Part shown: positions 1 to 8,412 of the stretch, in pieces
How the letters are laid out: every line of letters begins with the position of its first letter
Position numbering within the stretch: the first letter of the stretch is position 1
Virus record (IMG/VR): IMGVR_UViG_3300020042_002196
Coordinates: 1-34,585 of that record
Source of the DNA: a virus
Taxonomy: Duplodnaviria; Caudoviricetes
Length of the DNA stretch: 34,585 bases
Reading direction: 5' to 3' (one strand)
Made by a program: the position numbers and the translations under genes
Notes under the pieces: generated by a model
The model's input: only the letters and a program-made list of their open reading frames with translations
Databases searched by the model: none
Told to the model about the DNA's origin: nothing

Positions 1-1
1 A

Positions 2-1015
2 GCTAACGGTGTAGGAAATAGTTTTCACAGACTCTGGAAGGGAGCAGTAGATGGTTCTAATGAATATATCCCTATCTTTGTTCCTTGGTTTCTTATGTCT
101 GAGTATAGGCGTAAGGCTCTTCCTAGCTTTGAAAGAACGGATGAAGAAGAAGTTCTTGTTACCCGATTTAAGCTGGATGATGATCAATTGTATTGGAGAA
201 GGCTTAAAATTGCGGAAGGTGGATTAGATAAATTTAGACAGGAGTATCCTGCTACACCCGAAGAAGCATTTATTGTTTCAGGGTCTAATGTATTTAATAT
301 AGAGAAACTTTCAGCTTTAGTTCCTCAACCTATTCTAGCTCAAAGAGAATTTAACTTTGAGAGTCAGATGATGGAAGATGTAAGGAATGGTTCTATAGAG
401 ATCTTTAAGTATCCTACCTTTGAGGATGCCTTTGCGATAGGTGCTGACGTAAGTCTAGGGGTAGGTAAAGATCATTCAGCTGCTATTGTTATAAATAAGA
501 ATAGAGAAGTATGCGCTGTATACAGGAACAATTATATTGACCCTTCTCAGTTTGGGGATTTATTGTTTTACCTTGGAAGGTACTATAATAACGCTCTCTT
601 AGCCGTAGAGTCAAACTCTATGGGAGTAGCTACCCTAAACAGGCTCACTCAGATGGGTTACGTCAACATGTACTTCCAAACAAAGATGGCTAACGTCTCT
701 AAGGAAGAGGGGACGAGAATTGGGTGGAGAACAACAACGTCCTCTAAGCCAGCCGTTATTGGATTTTTAAAGAATGCCATTGAACAAGAAGAGATATGGA
801 TACCCTCAAGGATAGTCATAGGAGAGCTAATGAACTATATAGCAGATGACGCAGGGCGTACTAATGCTATTGTAGGTCATAATGATGATACGGTTATTGC
901 TTTAGCTATAGCCTTAGAGGTCATAAGGACTCATGGAGATAGACTAACAACAACTAACGTTCCCTTTACACAGAAGATAGGGAACTTTCAACAATTAGAC
1001 ACCACATGGATTTAA
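2..1015 (+). CDS. terL: Terminase large subunit, 5'-truncated (end of ATPase domain plus RNase H-like nuclease domain)
   Basis: The frame is open from base 2 (ANGVGNSFHRLW..., tail of the (E)STANG coupling motif), so the Met at 95 is internal. Motifs FRQEYP..PEEAF, IGADVSLGVGKDHS, LAVESN and GHNDDTVIALAIA are present. It lies upstream of the portal. Confidence 0.95.
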   Translation, partial: ANGVGNSFHRLWKGAVDGSNEYIPIFVPWFLMSEYRRKALPSFERTDEEEVLVTRFKLDDDQLYWRRLKIAEGGLDKFRQEYPATPEEAFIVSGSNVFNIEKLSALVPQPILAQREFNFESQMMEDVRNGSIEIFKYPTFEDAFAIGADVSLGVGKDHSAAIVINKNREVCAVYRNNYIDPSQFGDLLFYLGRYYNNALLAVESNSMGVATLNRLTQMGYVNMYFQTKMANVSKEEGTRIGWRTTTSSKPAVIGFLKNAIEQEEIWIPSRIVIGELMNYIADDAGRTNAIVGHNDDTVIALAIALEVIRTHGDRLTTTNVPFTQKIGNFQQLDTTWI

Positions 1016-1033
1016 CAAATAAAAGGAATCAAC

Positions 1034-1777
1034 ATGGCACAAATTAGACTCGGTTCAACTTATAAGAGTGAGCCTTACAATTTTTCAGCATTAGCATCAA
1101 CAGGCGTACCTGTTGTTATCCCCTCAAGTGGCACTATTGCAACAGCAGGTACTGTTACTTTAACTACAGCTCTCCCAACAACTTATGCTGGTGGTGCTTG
1201 GATGTACTTCCCATCTACTGCCTTTTCTAGCAGTGTTGCTGGTGTTTACTGGGTAGTAATGAGTTCAACAACTGCTGGTACTGTGTATCAGACCAACTCT
1301 ATTCCTGCTTCACCTTTTGAAGCAAATATCCCTACTGAGACATTAGTTGCAGTAGTAGGTAGCAATGCAAGTTACACTCAAACTACTGCCTCTGACCTAG
1401 TACTTTTACGTACTACAGTTCCAGGTGGACTAATGGGTTCATCAGGCGAAGTGCATTATACTTTATTGTGTGTTACTAATGCAACAGCTAACAGCAAGCC
1501 AGTTAAAGTTACTTATGGTGGAACAGCTATTCATACTGCAAGTTTATCTAGTAACGTTTCAACTATTATTGATAAAGAAATTACTAATCGTGGCGTAACT
1601 AATCGTCAGATTGCTAATCCTTTAGCTGCTTTAGGCCATGGATCATCTGCTGACGCATCATTATATTTGAGTATTGATACTAACAGTGACTTTGATATTA
1701 CTGTTACTGGCCAAATAAATACTGCTACTGACTTTATTGTCTTAGAGTATTCACACATTATTGCTATTGAAGGTTAA
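1034..1777 (+). CDS. Hypothetical Ser/Thr-rich beta-type protein, possible virion accessory/decoration protein (247 aa)
   Basis: AAGGA SD upstream and core-like codon usage. S/T/A/G-rich, charge-poor composition like virion surface proteins. Function is inferred. Confidence 0.7.
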   Translation: MAQIRLGSTYKSEPYNFSALASTGVPVVIPSSGTIATAGTVTLTTALPTTYAGGAWMYFPSTAFSSSVAGVYWVVMSSTTAGTVYQTNSIPASPFEANIPTETLVAVVGSNASYTQTTASDLVLLRTTVPGGLMGSSGEVHYTLLCVTNATANSKPVKVTYGGTAIHTASLSSNVSTIIDKEITNRGVTNRQIANPLAALGHGSSADASLYLSIDTNSDFDITVTGQINTATDFIVLEYSHIIAIEG

Positions 1778-1779
1778 AC

Positions 1780-1932
1780 ATGGCTAAGCAAGGATTGTAC
1801 GCTAATATCCATGCTAAGAAAGAGCGCATTAAAAAAGGTTCTGGTGAGAAGATGAGAAAACCAGGAACCAAAGGCGCTCCTTCTAGTACAGCTTTTAAAG
1901 ACTCCGCTAAGACAGCTAAAAAAGGTAAATAA
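1780..1932 (+). CDS. Small, very basic hypothetical protein (50 aa, MAKQGLYANIHAKKERIKKGSGEKMRKPG...KKGK); not in the ORF track
   Basis: Translated by hand. It fills the gap between neighbours (ATG 1780, TAA 1930-1932, next ATG 1933) and resembles a small Lys-rich family I recall from aquatic phages. Confidence 0.8.
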   Translation: MAKQGLYANIHAKKERIKKGSGEKMRKPGTKGAPSSTAFKDSAKTAKKGK

Positions 1933-2193
1933 ATGGAAAAAGATTCCAGACTAAAGAGGGCTGGGGTGTCTGGTTTTAATAAGCCTAAAAGAACCCCAGA
2001 CCACGCTACTAAGAGTCATATTGTTGTAGCTAAGAGTGGAGACACTGTTAAGACTATCCGCTTTGGCGCTCAAGGCGCTGTAGGTAGCCCTGACGGGTCA
2101 AAAAGAAATGAAGCCTTCAAAGCAAGGCACGCCTCTAATATAGCCAAGGGACCTTTATCTGCGGCATATTGGGCTAACAAAGTTAAATGGTAA
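1933..2193 (+). CDS. Small basic conserved phage protein (86 aa)
   Basis: AAGGT SD. Motifs KTIRFGAQG, FKARH and SAAYWANKVKW are typical of a widespread phage family of unknown function. Confidence 0.85.
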   Translation: MEKDSRLKRAGVSGFNKPKRTPDHATKSHIVVAKSGDTVKTIRFGAQGAVGSPDGSKRNEAFKARHASNIAKGPLSAAYWANKVKW

Positions 2194-2199
2194 ACATAT

Positions 2200-2355
2200 A
2201 TGGCAATAGATTTAAGATTAACGGCAGAAGAAAAGAAACAGATGGGTTCTTTTGTCAAACCAACACCACAAGGTAAACTCATTAACCAAAAAGAAAAGGT
2301 TAAAGAGTTTCAGGATAACGTGAACTTGGCTATTCGTAGTCAACAACAAAAATAA
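2200..2355 (+). CDS. Small hypothetical protein (51 aa, MAIDLRLTAEEKKQMGSFVKP...); not in the ORF track
   Basis: Hand translation from ATG 2200 to TAA 2353-2355, 6 nt after the preceding stop. SD is weak. Confidence 0.65.
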   Translation: MAIDLRLTAEEKKQMGSFVKPTPQGKLINQKEKVKEFQDNVNLAIRSQQQK

Positions 2356-2358
2356 TAA

Positions 2359-2474
2359 TATCCCTTGTGTCCTCACCGTTGGCTACTCATGGCAGGGATG
2401 ATAGTAGTAGCACTTATAATAGGTCATTGTAGACCTTTTGATTGATTGAATGTACAACCCAAGAAAGGTTTACA
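2359..2474 (+). promoter_or_regulatory. Structured non-coding leader of the portal gene (possible pseudoknot, hairpin and SD-sequestering hairpin)
   Basis: TATCCCT 2359-2365 pairs with AGGGATG 2394-2400, crossed by GCTACT 2382-2387 with AGTAGC 2406-2411. Hairpin AGGTC-attgta-GACCT at 2421-2436. Hairpin TGTA(c)AACC-caagaaa-GGTTTACA at 2451-2474 overlaps the SD. TATAAT at 2415-2420. Confidence 0.4.
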
Positions 2475-4742
2475 ATGAGCGATAAACAACCTATCCCGCG
2501 TTTTCAGCCTGATAGATATAAAGAACCTGTAGACGATAATGAATTAATAGCCATGATTGAGCAGGGTGTTACTAACTCTGTAGGCGACTTTTTGAATAGT
2601 AGCGACCTTGCTCGTGAACGCCAGAAGGCTACTTACGAATATGGTATGATGCCTTTGTTTCATTTAGTGCCACAAGGTGTTTCTCAGATTGTCTCATCAG
2701 ACACTGTAGAAGCCATTGAGGGCTACACAGCTATTTTAGCTGAACTAATGTTTAACAATAATAAGATAGCTCGATTCATACCCGCTGGATCTTCTCCTAA
2801 AGACTTTCATGAGGCAAAAGTAGCCTCAGACCTAGTTAACTATGCTATATTTAAACAAAATAATGGCTGGGAACTCTTAAATACATGGGTAAAGTCTGCT
2901 CTTCTTTGGAAGAATAGTATTGTTAGATGGGAATTTATTGAGGACTTTGATTATTCTTTTGAAGAGTATGATGAGATTGAACAAGCTAACTTAGATATTA
3001 TGTTAGCTGACGAAGATGTTGAAGTGTTAGGTGAGCTTATTTATAAGCAAGAACTAGACACTGATGAACAAGGCAATTCTTTTTACAAGACTATATATGA
3101 GAATGTACGTCTACGTAGGAAGCATAACAAGACTCGTATTAACATCAAGAATGTACATCCAGAATGTTTCCGTATTACAAGGGACGCACATACCCTAGAT
3201 GATGCTGCATTTGTAGGTATTCAGATTGATATGACTCGATCTGAGATTAGAAAGTTTTATCCTGATATAGCAGAGACTATTGATTGGGATTCTATTGGAG
3301 ATGGTTCTTATGATTGGGCAACCAAGTATACAGAAGAACAATCTGCTCGAAAACGTCTTGTTGGTGAAGAGTACTGGCTAGGTGGAAACTCGCGGGAATT
3401 ATTCCCGTCAGAAGCTAATAGACAGATTACGGTTATTGAATGTTGGTTGCGTGTTGATCGTGATGGTGATGGTATAGCTGAATTAAAACACTTTATTATT
3501 GCTGGCTCTACTATTTTGCATGAAGAAGATTGTGATTGTGTACCTTTAGCAACTCTTTGTCCTTTTGAAGTACCACACGAATTCTTTGGTTTGTCAGTTG
3601 CTGATATGATTCGTCCATCTACATTAGCTACTACAGCTATTCTACGTGGCTTTGTTGAAAACGTATATCTTACAAATTACTCACCTAAACTAGCTGACCC
3701 TAATGTAGTAGATTTTAGTGCTCTTCAAAATATGAAGCCTAAACAAATCATTGCTACTAATGGTTCGCCAATGAATGCTGTGTCTGCGTTAACTCCTGAC
3801 ACTATTAGCACAGGTACAGTACCTTTACTTCAAATATTGCAAGCTCACAAAGAGCAAGCAACAGGATTGTCTAAAGCAGCTCAAGGTTTAAATGATACTC
3901 TATATGTATCAGGTAACAGTGAAGAGAAAATGAGCAGAGCTATGTCTGCAGCTCAAATACGTATTCAATACATGGCACGTAGGTTTGCTGAGACAGGGTT
4001 TAAGCGTTTAACTGAGGGCGTTTACAAGACTCTTCGTGATAAAATGCGTGGTAAAGCTATGCATTACTATGATCAAAATGATTTCTTTAAATCTATTGAT
4101 CCAGGAACTTTACCCTCAAATCTTATATTGTATATTGACGTTGATGTTGGTGAAAACTCAAATCAAAACATTGTTAAGAAGATGGCCTTGGTTGGACAAC
4201 AATTAATTCCTGCTTTACAATCTGCAGGAGCAGGTGGAGCAGTTAGCCCTGAAGCAGCAGTACGTATTGCATGTAAAACTATTGAGGCTTTAGACTTAGA
4301 CCCATTAGATTTTCTTGTTGACTATACTGATCCTCAGTTTAAAGAGAAAGCATTGGCTGATCGTCAGGCACAAAATCAAGCTCAAGAGAAACAAAAACAA
4401 ATGGAAGAACAAGCTAAAATGCTTGATCTAGGCCAACGTCAAGCAACCTTAGACCTTACTAATGTACAGGCTAAGAATTCATTACAAGATAATACAAAAC
4501 AACTTATGGTTGCTCTTGATAAATCATATCAAGAGTGGGGTAAAATTTATATTCAAGCCGCCAAAGAAGGTGTAACACCTCCTCCGCAGCCAGACATTAA
4601 ACAACTCTTGTCATTAGCTAAAGGCTTTATAAATGGTGATGCTTATGGAGATGCTTCTCGCCCACAAGGTGGAGCGCCTATGCCACAAGTAAATGGACCT
4701 GCCGCTGAGATGATGGGTGAAACACCTCAACAACCAATTTAA
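2475..4742 (+). CDS. Portal protein, P22/SU10-like (~755 aa)
   Basis: Size and position. Motifs SQIVSSD, RFIPAG..D...A..ASDLVNY, ECWLRVDRDGDGIAEL and PHEFFGLSVAD, plus a Gln-rich C-terminal coiled-coil barrel. Start moved from TTG 2442 to ATG 2475, which has a GAAAGG SD. Confidence 0.93.
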   Translation: MSDKQPIPRFQPDRYKEPVDDNELIAMIEQGVTNSVGDFLNSSDLARERQKATYEYGMMPLFHLVPQGVSQIVSSDTVEAIEGYTAILAELMFNNNKIARFIPAGSSPKDFHEAKVASDLVNYAIFKQNNGWELLNTWVKSALLWKNSIVRWEFIEDFDYSFEEYDEIEQANLDIMLADEDVEVLGELIYKQELDTDEQGNSFYKTIYENVRLRRKHNKTRINIKNVHPECFRITRDAHTLDDAAFVGIQIDMTRSEIRKFYPDIAETIDWDSIGDGSYDWATKYTEEQSARKRLVGEEYWLGGNSRELFPSEANRQITVIECWLRVDRDGDGIAELKHFIIAGSTILHEEDCDCVPLATLCPFEVPHEFFGLSVADMIRPSTLATTAILRGFVENVYLTNYSPKLADPNVVDFSALQNMKPKQIIATNGSPMNAVSALTPDTISTGTVPLLQILQAHKEQATGLSKAAQGLNDTLYVSGNSEEKMSRAMSAAQIRIQYMARRFAETGFKRLTEGVYKTLRDKMRGKAMHYYDQNDFFKSIDPGTLPSNLILYIDVDVGENSNQNIVKKMALVGQQLIPALQSAGAGGAVSPEAAVRIACKTIEALDLDPLDFLVDYTDPQFKEKALADRQAQNQAQEKQKQMEEQAKMLDLGQRQATLDLTNVQAKNSLQDNTKQLMVALDKSYQEWGKIYIQAAKEGVTPPPQPDIKQLLSLAKGFINGDAYGDASRPQGGAPMPQVNGPAAEMMGETPQQPI

Positions 4743-4749
4743 TCAACAT

Positions 4750-4777
4750 GAGCTTACTCTTAGGAGTAAGTTCCTTT
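4750..4777 (+). terminator. Intergenic stem-loop after the portal (weak terminator or processing site)
   Basis: GAGCTTACTC-ttag-GAGTAAGTTC is a 10-bp stem with one G-U pair, followed only by CTTT. Confidence 0.45.
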
Positions 4778-4791
4778 AATACACAAAAAAT

Positions 4792-5154
4792 ATGGACAAA
4801 TACAAAGAAGGCTTTCAGAAGAGAGTAAAGCCAACAATGAACTATGATACTGGAGAATACAAGGTAGAACCATTTAGGGATGCTCAAATAGCCCTAACGA
4901 AAAGCCAATTCACAGTACGTGAACGAGAACAATTCTTTAACGATGCTTATTCAGAGATTCTTGCTGATCTCTTTACTACTTGGTTAAAGACAGAACCTCA
5001 TTGTTCTAAAGAACGTGAGTTCCTATATCATACAGCTATGGCATTAGGAAGCGTTAAAGAGAAGCTAGTAGGTATCGAACAATACGGTGCTAACATGCAA
5101 TTTATCAATAAACAAAAAGAGTCCCAAGACGAGGGCAATGAAACAAATGAGTAA
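4792..5154 (+). CDS. Hypothetical helical protein between portal and scaffold (120 aa)
   Basis: Core-like codon usage. W.KTEP...REFLY motif and position are typical of the small post-portal gene in this architecture. Confidence 0.8.
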   Translation: MDKYKEGFQKRVKPTMNYDTGEYKVEPFRDAQIALTKSQFTVREREQFFNDAYSEILADLFTTWLKTEPHCSKEREFLYHTAMALGSVKEKLVGIEQYGANMQFINKQKESQDEGNETNE

Positions 5155-5401
5155 CTACGATAAAGCACAGGAAGTACTAACTCGATCACGAGAAGAAGTA
5201 TTAAAAGAACTTGTACGAGCAGGTGAAAGTGGAGGAACAGGATTAGCACAACGCTATGCACCTATCCTTGCTAATTTACAAAATGCTATTGAAGCAATTG
5301 ATCGTATAAAGACCAGTGAAGGGAAAACTAATGAAGTACCTTTTGCTGAAAAAATGAAAGCTGCTAAAGCAGCTAAAAAAGCCGCTACATTAGCGGTTTA
5401 A
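5147..5401 (+). CDS. Hypothetical protein with basic Ala/Lys C-terminus (~84 aa)
   Basis: Likely start is ATG 5147, overlapping the previous stop (ATGAGTAA) with GAGGG upstream. ATG 5138 is an alternative. The track start at 5087 is unlikely. Confidence 0.75.
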   Translation: MSNYDKAQEVLTRSREEVLKELVRAGESGGTGLAQRYAPILANLQNAIEAIDRIKTSEGKTNEVPFAEKMKAAKAAKKAATLAV

Positions 5402-5425
5402 ACGGACACAAAGGAAATATAATAT

Positions 5426-6568
5426 ATGGATTTACCACAACTCTCTACCAACACCCCTGCTTCACAAGTAAGCAGTGCGAGTTTTGATGACGGAAGTGTA
5501 AGTGCAGATTTGGAAGTCAATAGTCTTGATAACATTTTAAGGAACAGCCCAGCAGCTAAACTGCTTGGATTACCCGAAGAATCTTTACCAACAGAAGACA
5601 ACAGCGTCCCAAATCCAGATGAATCATCGGCAGAAGAAGAACAAGCCCCAGAGAACGATGATGATTCTGAAACTGACCTAGATGAAGAAGAAGATTCAAA
5701 AGAATCTAAAGAAGGAAATACTGATGAGGATGATACGTCTACCCAAAAAGCAGAGCTACCAACTGAAGAAGATATTGATTGGGAATATCAAGTACCTGTA
5801 ACCGTTGACGGTAAAACAGAGTACGTGTCCCTAGAAGAAATCCGAAAGGGTTATTCTACTGATAAACATCTATCTCAAAAAGGGCGTGAACTAGGCGAAC
5901 TAAAGAAACAAATCGAACAAGAACGCACTGAGAAGCTACAAGAGATAGTTACGTTAAGCGCAGTAATTAACCAAGAGTTAACTGACGTTGAAGCTAGATT
6001 ATCTACTGAGTATCACAAAATTAAAGCTGACATTGATAATGCCAGACAAGAAGGTGACACTTATACAGCTCGAGAACTAAAAGAAAAACTAGAAGAGACT
6101 CAAGAACAATATTGGTCAACACGTAACAAACGTGAGGCTAATGTATCTAAGATCTCTGAACAATTAAAAGCACAACAAACGGAACAGCAACAAGTGTTAC
6201 TGAAAGCGTATGAGGATAACATCACAAGTGTTATACCTGATTACTCAGAAAAAGTTGCTAAATCAATCCGTGATTTTGCTATTAAAGAAGGTTTACCTGA
6301 AGACATATTAGACGTTATTTATGACACTAATATTGTTAAGTTTATCGATGACTACCGTAGGCTCAAGAATGCTAAAGATACTGGTGAAGTAAAGCGTAAG
6401 GCAGCTCCTAAAGTGAAGTCAGTCCCCTCTAAGAAGGGTGTACCTCAATCACAAAAAGAACGTCAAGACACAAACAATAACCGTACTAAAGTATTATCTG
6501 GACAAGGATCCGATCAGGATCAACTAGATTTTTTAAAACGAATTTCTTCAGTAAGCAAAAAACTTTAA
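5426..6568 (+). CDS. Capsid scaffolding protein (380 aa)
   Basis: Acidic disordered N-terminus, VTVDGKTEYVSLEEIRKGY motif, long coiled coil and basic C-terminus, directly upstream of the capsid gene. Confidence 0.9.
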   Translation: MDLPQLSTNTPASQVSSASFDDGSVSADLEVNSLDNILRNSPAAKLLGLPEESLPTEDNSVPNPDESSAEEEQAPENDDDSETDLDEEEDSKESKEGNTDEDDTSTQKAELPTEEDIDWEYQVPVTVDGKTEYVSLEEIRKGYSTDKHLSQKGRELGELKKQIEQERTEKLQEIVTLSAVINQELTDVEARLSTEYHKIKADIDNARQEGDTYTARELKEKLEETQEQYWSTRNKREANVSKISEQLKAQQTEQQQVLLKAYEDNITSVIPDYSEKVAKSIRDFAIKEGLPEDILDVIYDTNIVKFIDDYRRLKNAKDTGEVKRKAAPKVKSVPSKKGVPQSQKERQDTNNNRTKVLSGQGSDQDQLDFLKRISSVSKKL

Positions 6569-6596
6569 TTCCAAATCTTACTAAAAGGAAAACAAA

Positions 6597-7709
6597 ATGG
6601 CTGGTAATTCATTTGCAACAGGTGGCCCTAAGGCTGCCGCACGTAGCTCTGCCGCTACAGGTAATGCTGTCAACGTTGGCGAGCGCGAAGACTTAGCTAA
6701 CTTCATTTCAATGATCTCTCGTGACGAAACACCTTTCATGTCGTCTATCGGCAAGACAAAGGCTACGGCTGTGTTTCACGAGTGGCAAACAGACGAACTT
6801 TCTGCCCCTGCTTCTGGAGCAGTTGCTGAAGGTGTGTCTTATTCTACACAAAACTCTGGACAAGCTGCGGAACCTTTCCGTACTCGTTTAGGTAATTACA
6901 CTCAAATTAACAGTAAAACAGTTACAGTTACTGGCACTAAACGTGCTGTTGACCAAGCTGGTGTTGCTGATGAGTATGCGTATCAGCTTAAAAAGCGTGG
7001 TACTGAACTTCGTCGTGACGTTGAGTTTGACTTAGTTGGTTGGAAGTCAAGCAATGGCTCAGGTACTCGTACCTTTGGTGGTTATACCTCATGGGTTAAC
7101 TTTACTGCTGCTACTACTACTCCTGCTACAGCATTAAACGTTTTAACTACATCTGGCGAATACACTGCTCCTACTAATCCAGGTGGTGGTATTTGTGGTA
7201 CATTTACTACTGTTACATCTGCTGACAAGAACTCTTTGTCTTTGTCACACATTGACACAGTTATGCAAGCTATTTATGAGAATGGTGGTAAAGCTACTAA
7301 ACTCATGGTGTCTCCTGCTAATCGTCGTGTGTTTTCTGCTAAGGCTCAGTCCGCTGGTTCAAGCACAAGCAATGCTGGTGATGGTAACGTACGTCGCAAC
7401 GTTGACGCTGACGGTAAACTCCGTCAGTCAGTTGAGATCTACATGTCTGACTTTGGTGACATTATGGTTTGCCCTAACTATGTGATGGGTATTGCTAATA
7501 CTTCTGTTTCTGGTTTGGACAATGCCGCTAACTTTACAGCGTTTGTTTATGATCCAATGTGGTTCAGCTACGCTAGCTTGCGTCCTCTGCAAGAAGTTGA
7601 CCTTGGCCAGCTTGGTGATTCTATCATTGGTCAAATGGTTGAAGAGGGTACACTTGAATGCCGTAATCCAAAGGGTTGCGGTATGATCTTCGGTTTATCT
7701 GGTGCTTAA
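6597..7709 (+). CDS. Major capsid protein (HK97 fold, DUF5309/SU10-like; 370 aa)
   Basis: Motifs GEREDLANFISMISRDETPFMS, HEWQTDEL, RLGNYTQI, AYQLKKRGTELRRDVE and EGTLECRNPK. Strong SD, high-expression codon bias, followed by a terminator. Confidence 0.95.
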   Translation: MAGNSFATGGPKAAARSSAATGNAVNVGEREDLANFISMISRDETPFMSSIGKTKATAVFHEWQTDELSAPASGAVAEGVSYSTQNSGQAAEPFRTRLGNYTQINSKTVTVTGTKRAVDQAGVADEYAYQLKKRGTELRRDVEFDLVGWKSSNGSGTRTFGGYTSWVNFTAATTTPATALNVLTTSGEYTAPTNPGGGICGTFTTVTSADKNSLSLSHIDTVMQAIYENGGKATKLMVSPANRRVFSAKAQSAGSSTSNAGDGNVRRNVDADGKLRQSVEIYMSDFGDIMVCPNYVMGIANTSVSGLDNAANFTAFVYDPMWFSYASLRPLQEVDLGQLGDSIIGQMVEEGTLECRNPKGCGMIFGLSGA

Positions 7710-7729
7710 TAGCATTTAATTAACCTAAT

Positions 7730-7764
7730 AAAAGGGATGGGAGCAATCCTGTCCCTTTTTATTT
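7730..7764 (+). terminator. Rho-independent terminator after the major capsid gene
   Basis: AAAAGGGATGGGA-GCAA-TCCTGTCCCTTTTT: GC-rich stem with two G-U pairs, GNRA tetraloop and U-tract. Confidence 0.9.
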
Positions 7765-7776
7765 AAAAGGAAAAAA

Positions 7777-8064
7777 ATGGACTTTTTAAGAATTACAGCA
7801 ACTGACGGTACTCGTCAATATATTCCTGGTGAATATGTTGTTAATTTAGCAACTACAGCTGATGGTTCAGATACTGCTTCTGACTATAGTTCGGCTAAAG
7901 TAACTCGTGGACGTATTAGTCAAATCAAATATTATGATGGTGCTAATACTACAGCTGGGGCTATAGTAGTAACATCAGTAAGCGCATACGCATCAGGTGG
8001 TACTTTGTATGAATATGGTTGTCTCACTAATGATGGCGCATTTTCAGTATACTTACGAAATTAA
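7777..8064 (+). CDS. Hypothetical protein, possible capsid accessory (95 aa)
   Basis: AAGGA SD, beta-rich composition and position after the capsid gene. Confidence 0.7.
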   Translation: MDFLRITATDGTRQYIPGEYVVNLATTADGSDTASDYSSAKVTRGRISQIKYYDGANTTAGAIVVTSVSAYASGGTLYEYGCLTNDGAFSVYLRN

Positions 8065-8076
8065 TTAAGAGGACAC

Positions 8077-8400
8077 ATGGGCTTTTTATCACAAGAAGGA
8101 AACAAAAATAGTTTCCAAGTTAAGACTGACAAAAAAGATTTTCAATTAGAACAGAATGTAGATGCATATAAAGATTATGCGTCACAGCAACGTGAGCTTG
8201 ATTCAATTGCCTCTAATGGCAGATCATATCGCTCATATGCTATTATACCTGATATTGTTGCTATTGATATCTTAACTAAATACAATTTAGACGTGCATTC
8301 ACCTGAATTTATGAGTGATCCACTTAATCTAAGAAAATTAAAACAAGTTATTGATACAGATTATCCATTACTAAAAACAAGTAACATCCGAGCCTTATAA
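8077..8400 (+). CDS. Conserved hypothetical head-completion-region protein (107 aa)
   Basis: GAGGA SD. YAIIPDIVAIDI...YPLLKT motif. Lies between capsid and adaptor. Confidence 0.75.
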   Translation: MGFLSQEGNKNSFQVKTDKKDFQLEQNVDAYKDYASQQRELDSIASNGRSYRSYAIIPDIVAIDILTKYNLDVHSPEFMSDPLNLRKLKQVIDTDYPLLKTSNIRAL

Positions 8401-8412
8401 GGAGAAATAAAT

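Noticed and set aside
2392-2420. Sigma70 promoter at TATAAT 2415-2420
   Set aside because: No credible -35 at 16-18 nt spacing and no TG extension. It was kept only as part of the leader description.
2442-2474. Portal start at TTG 2442 (likewise track starts at 95 and 5087)
   Set aside because: No SD at 2442, whereas ATG 2475 has one. The Met at 95 is internal to the truncated terminase, and 5147 fits translational coupling better than 5087.
7717-7737. T3-promoter-like AATTAACCTAATAAAAGGGA (and TCTTACTAAAAGGA before the capsid gene)
   Set aside because: Spacing and the CTCAC core do not match, the G-runs are explained by the terminator stem and the SD, and no consistent repeated promoter was seen.
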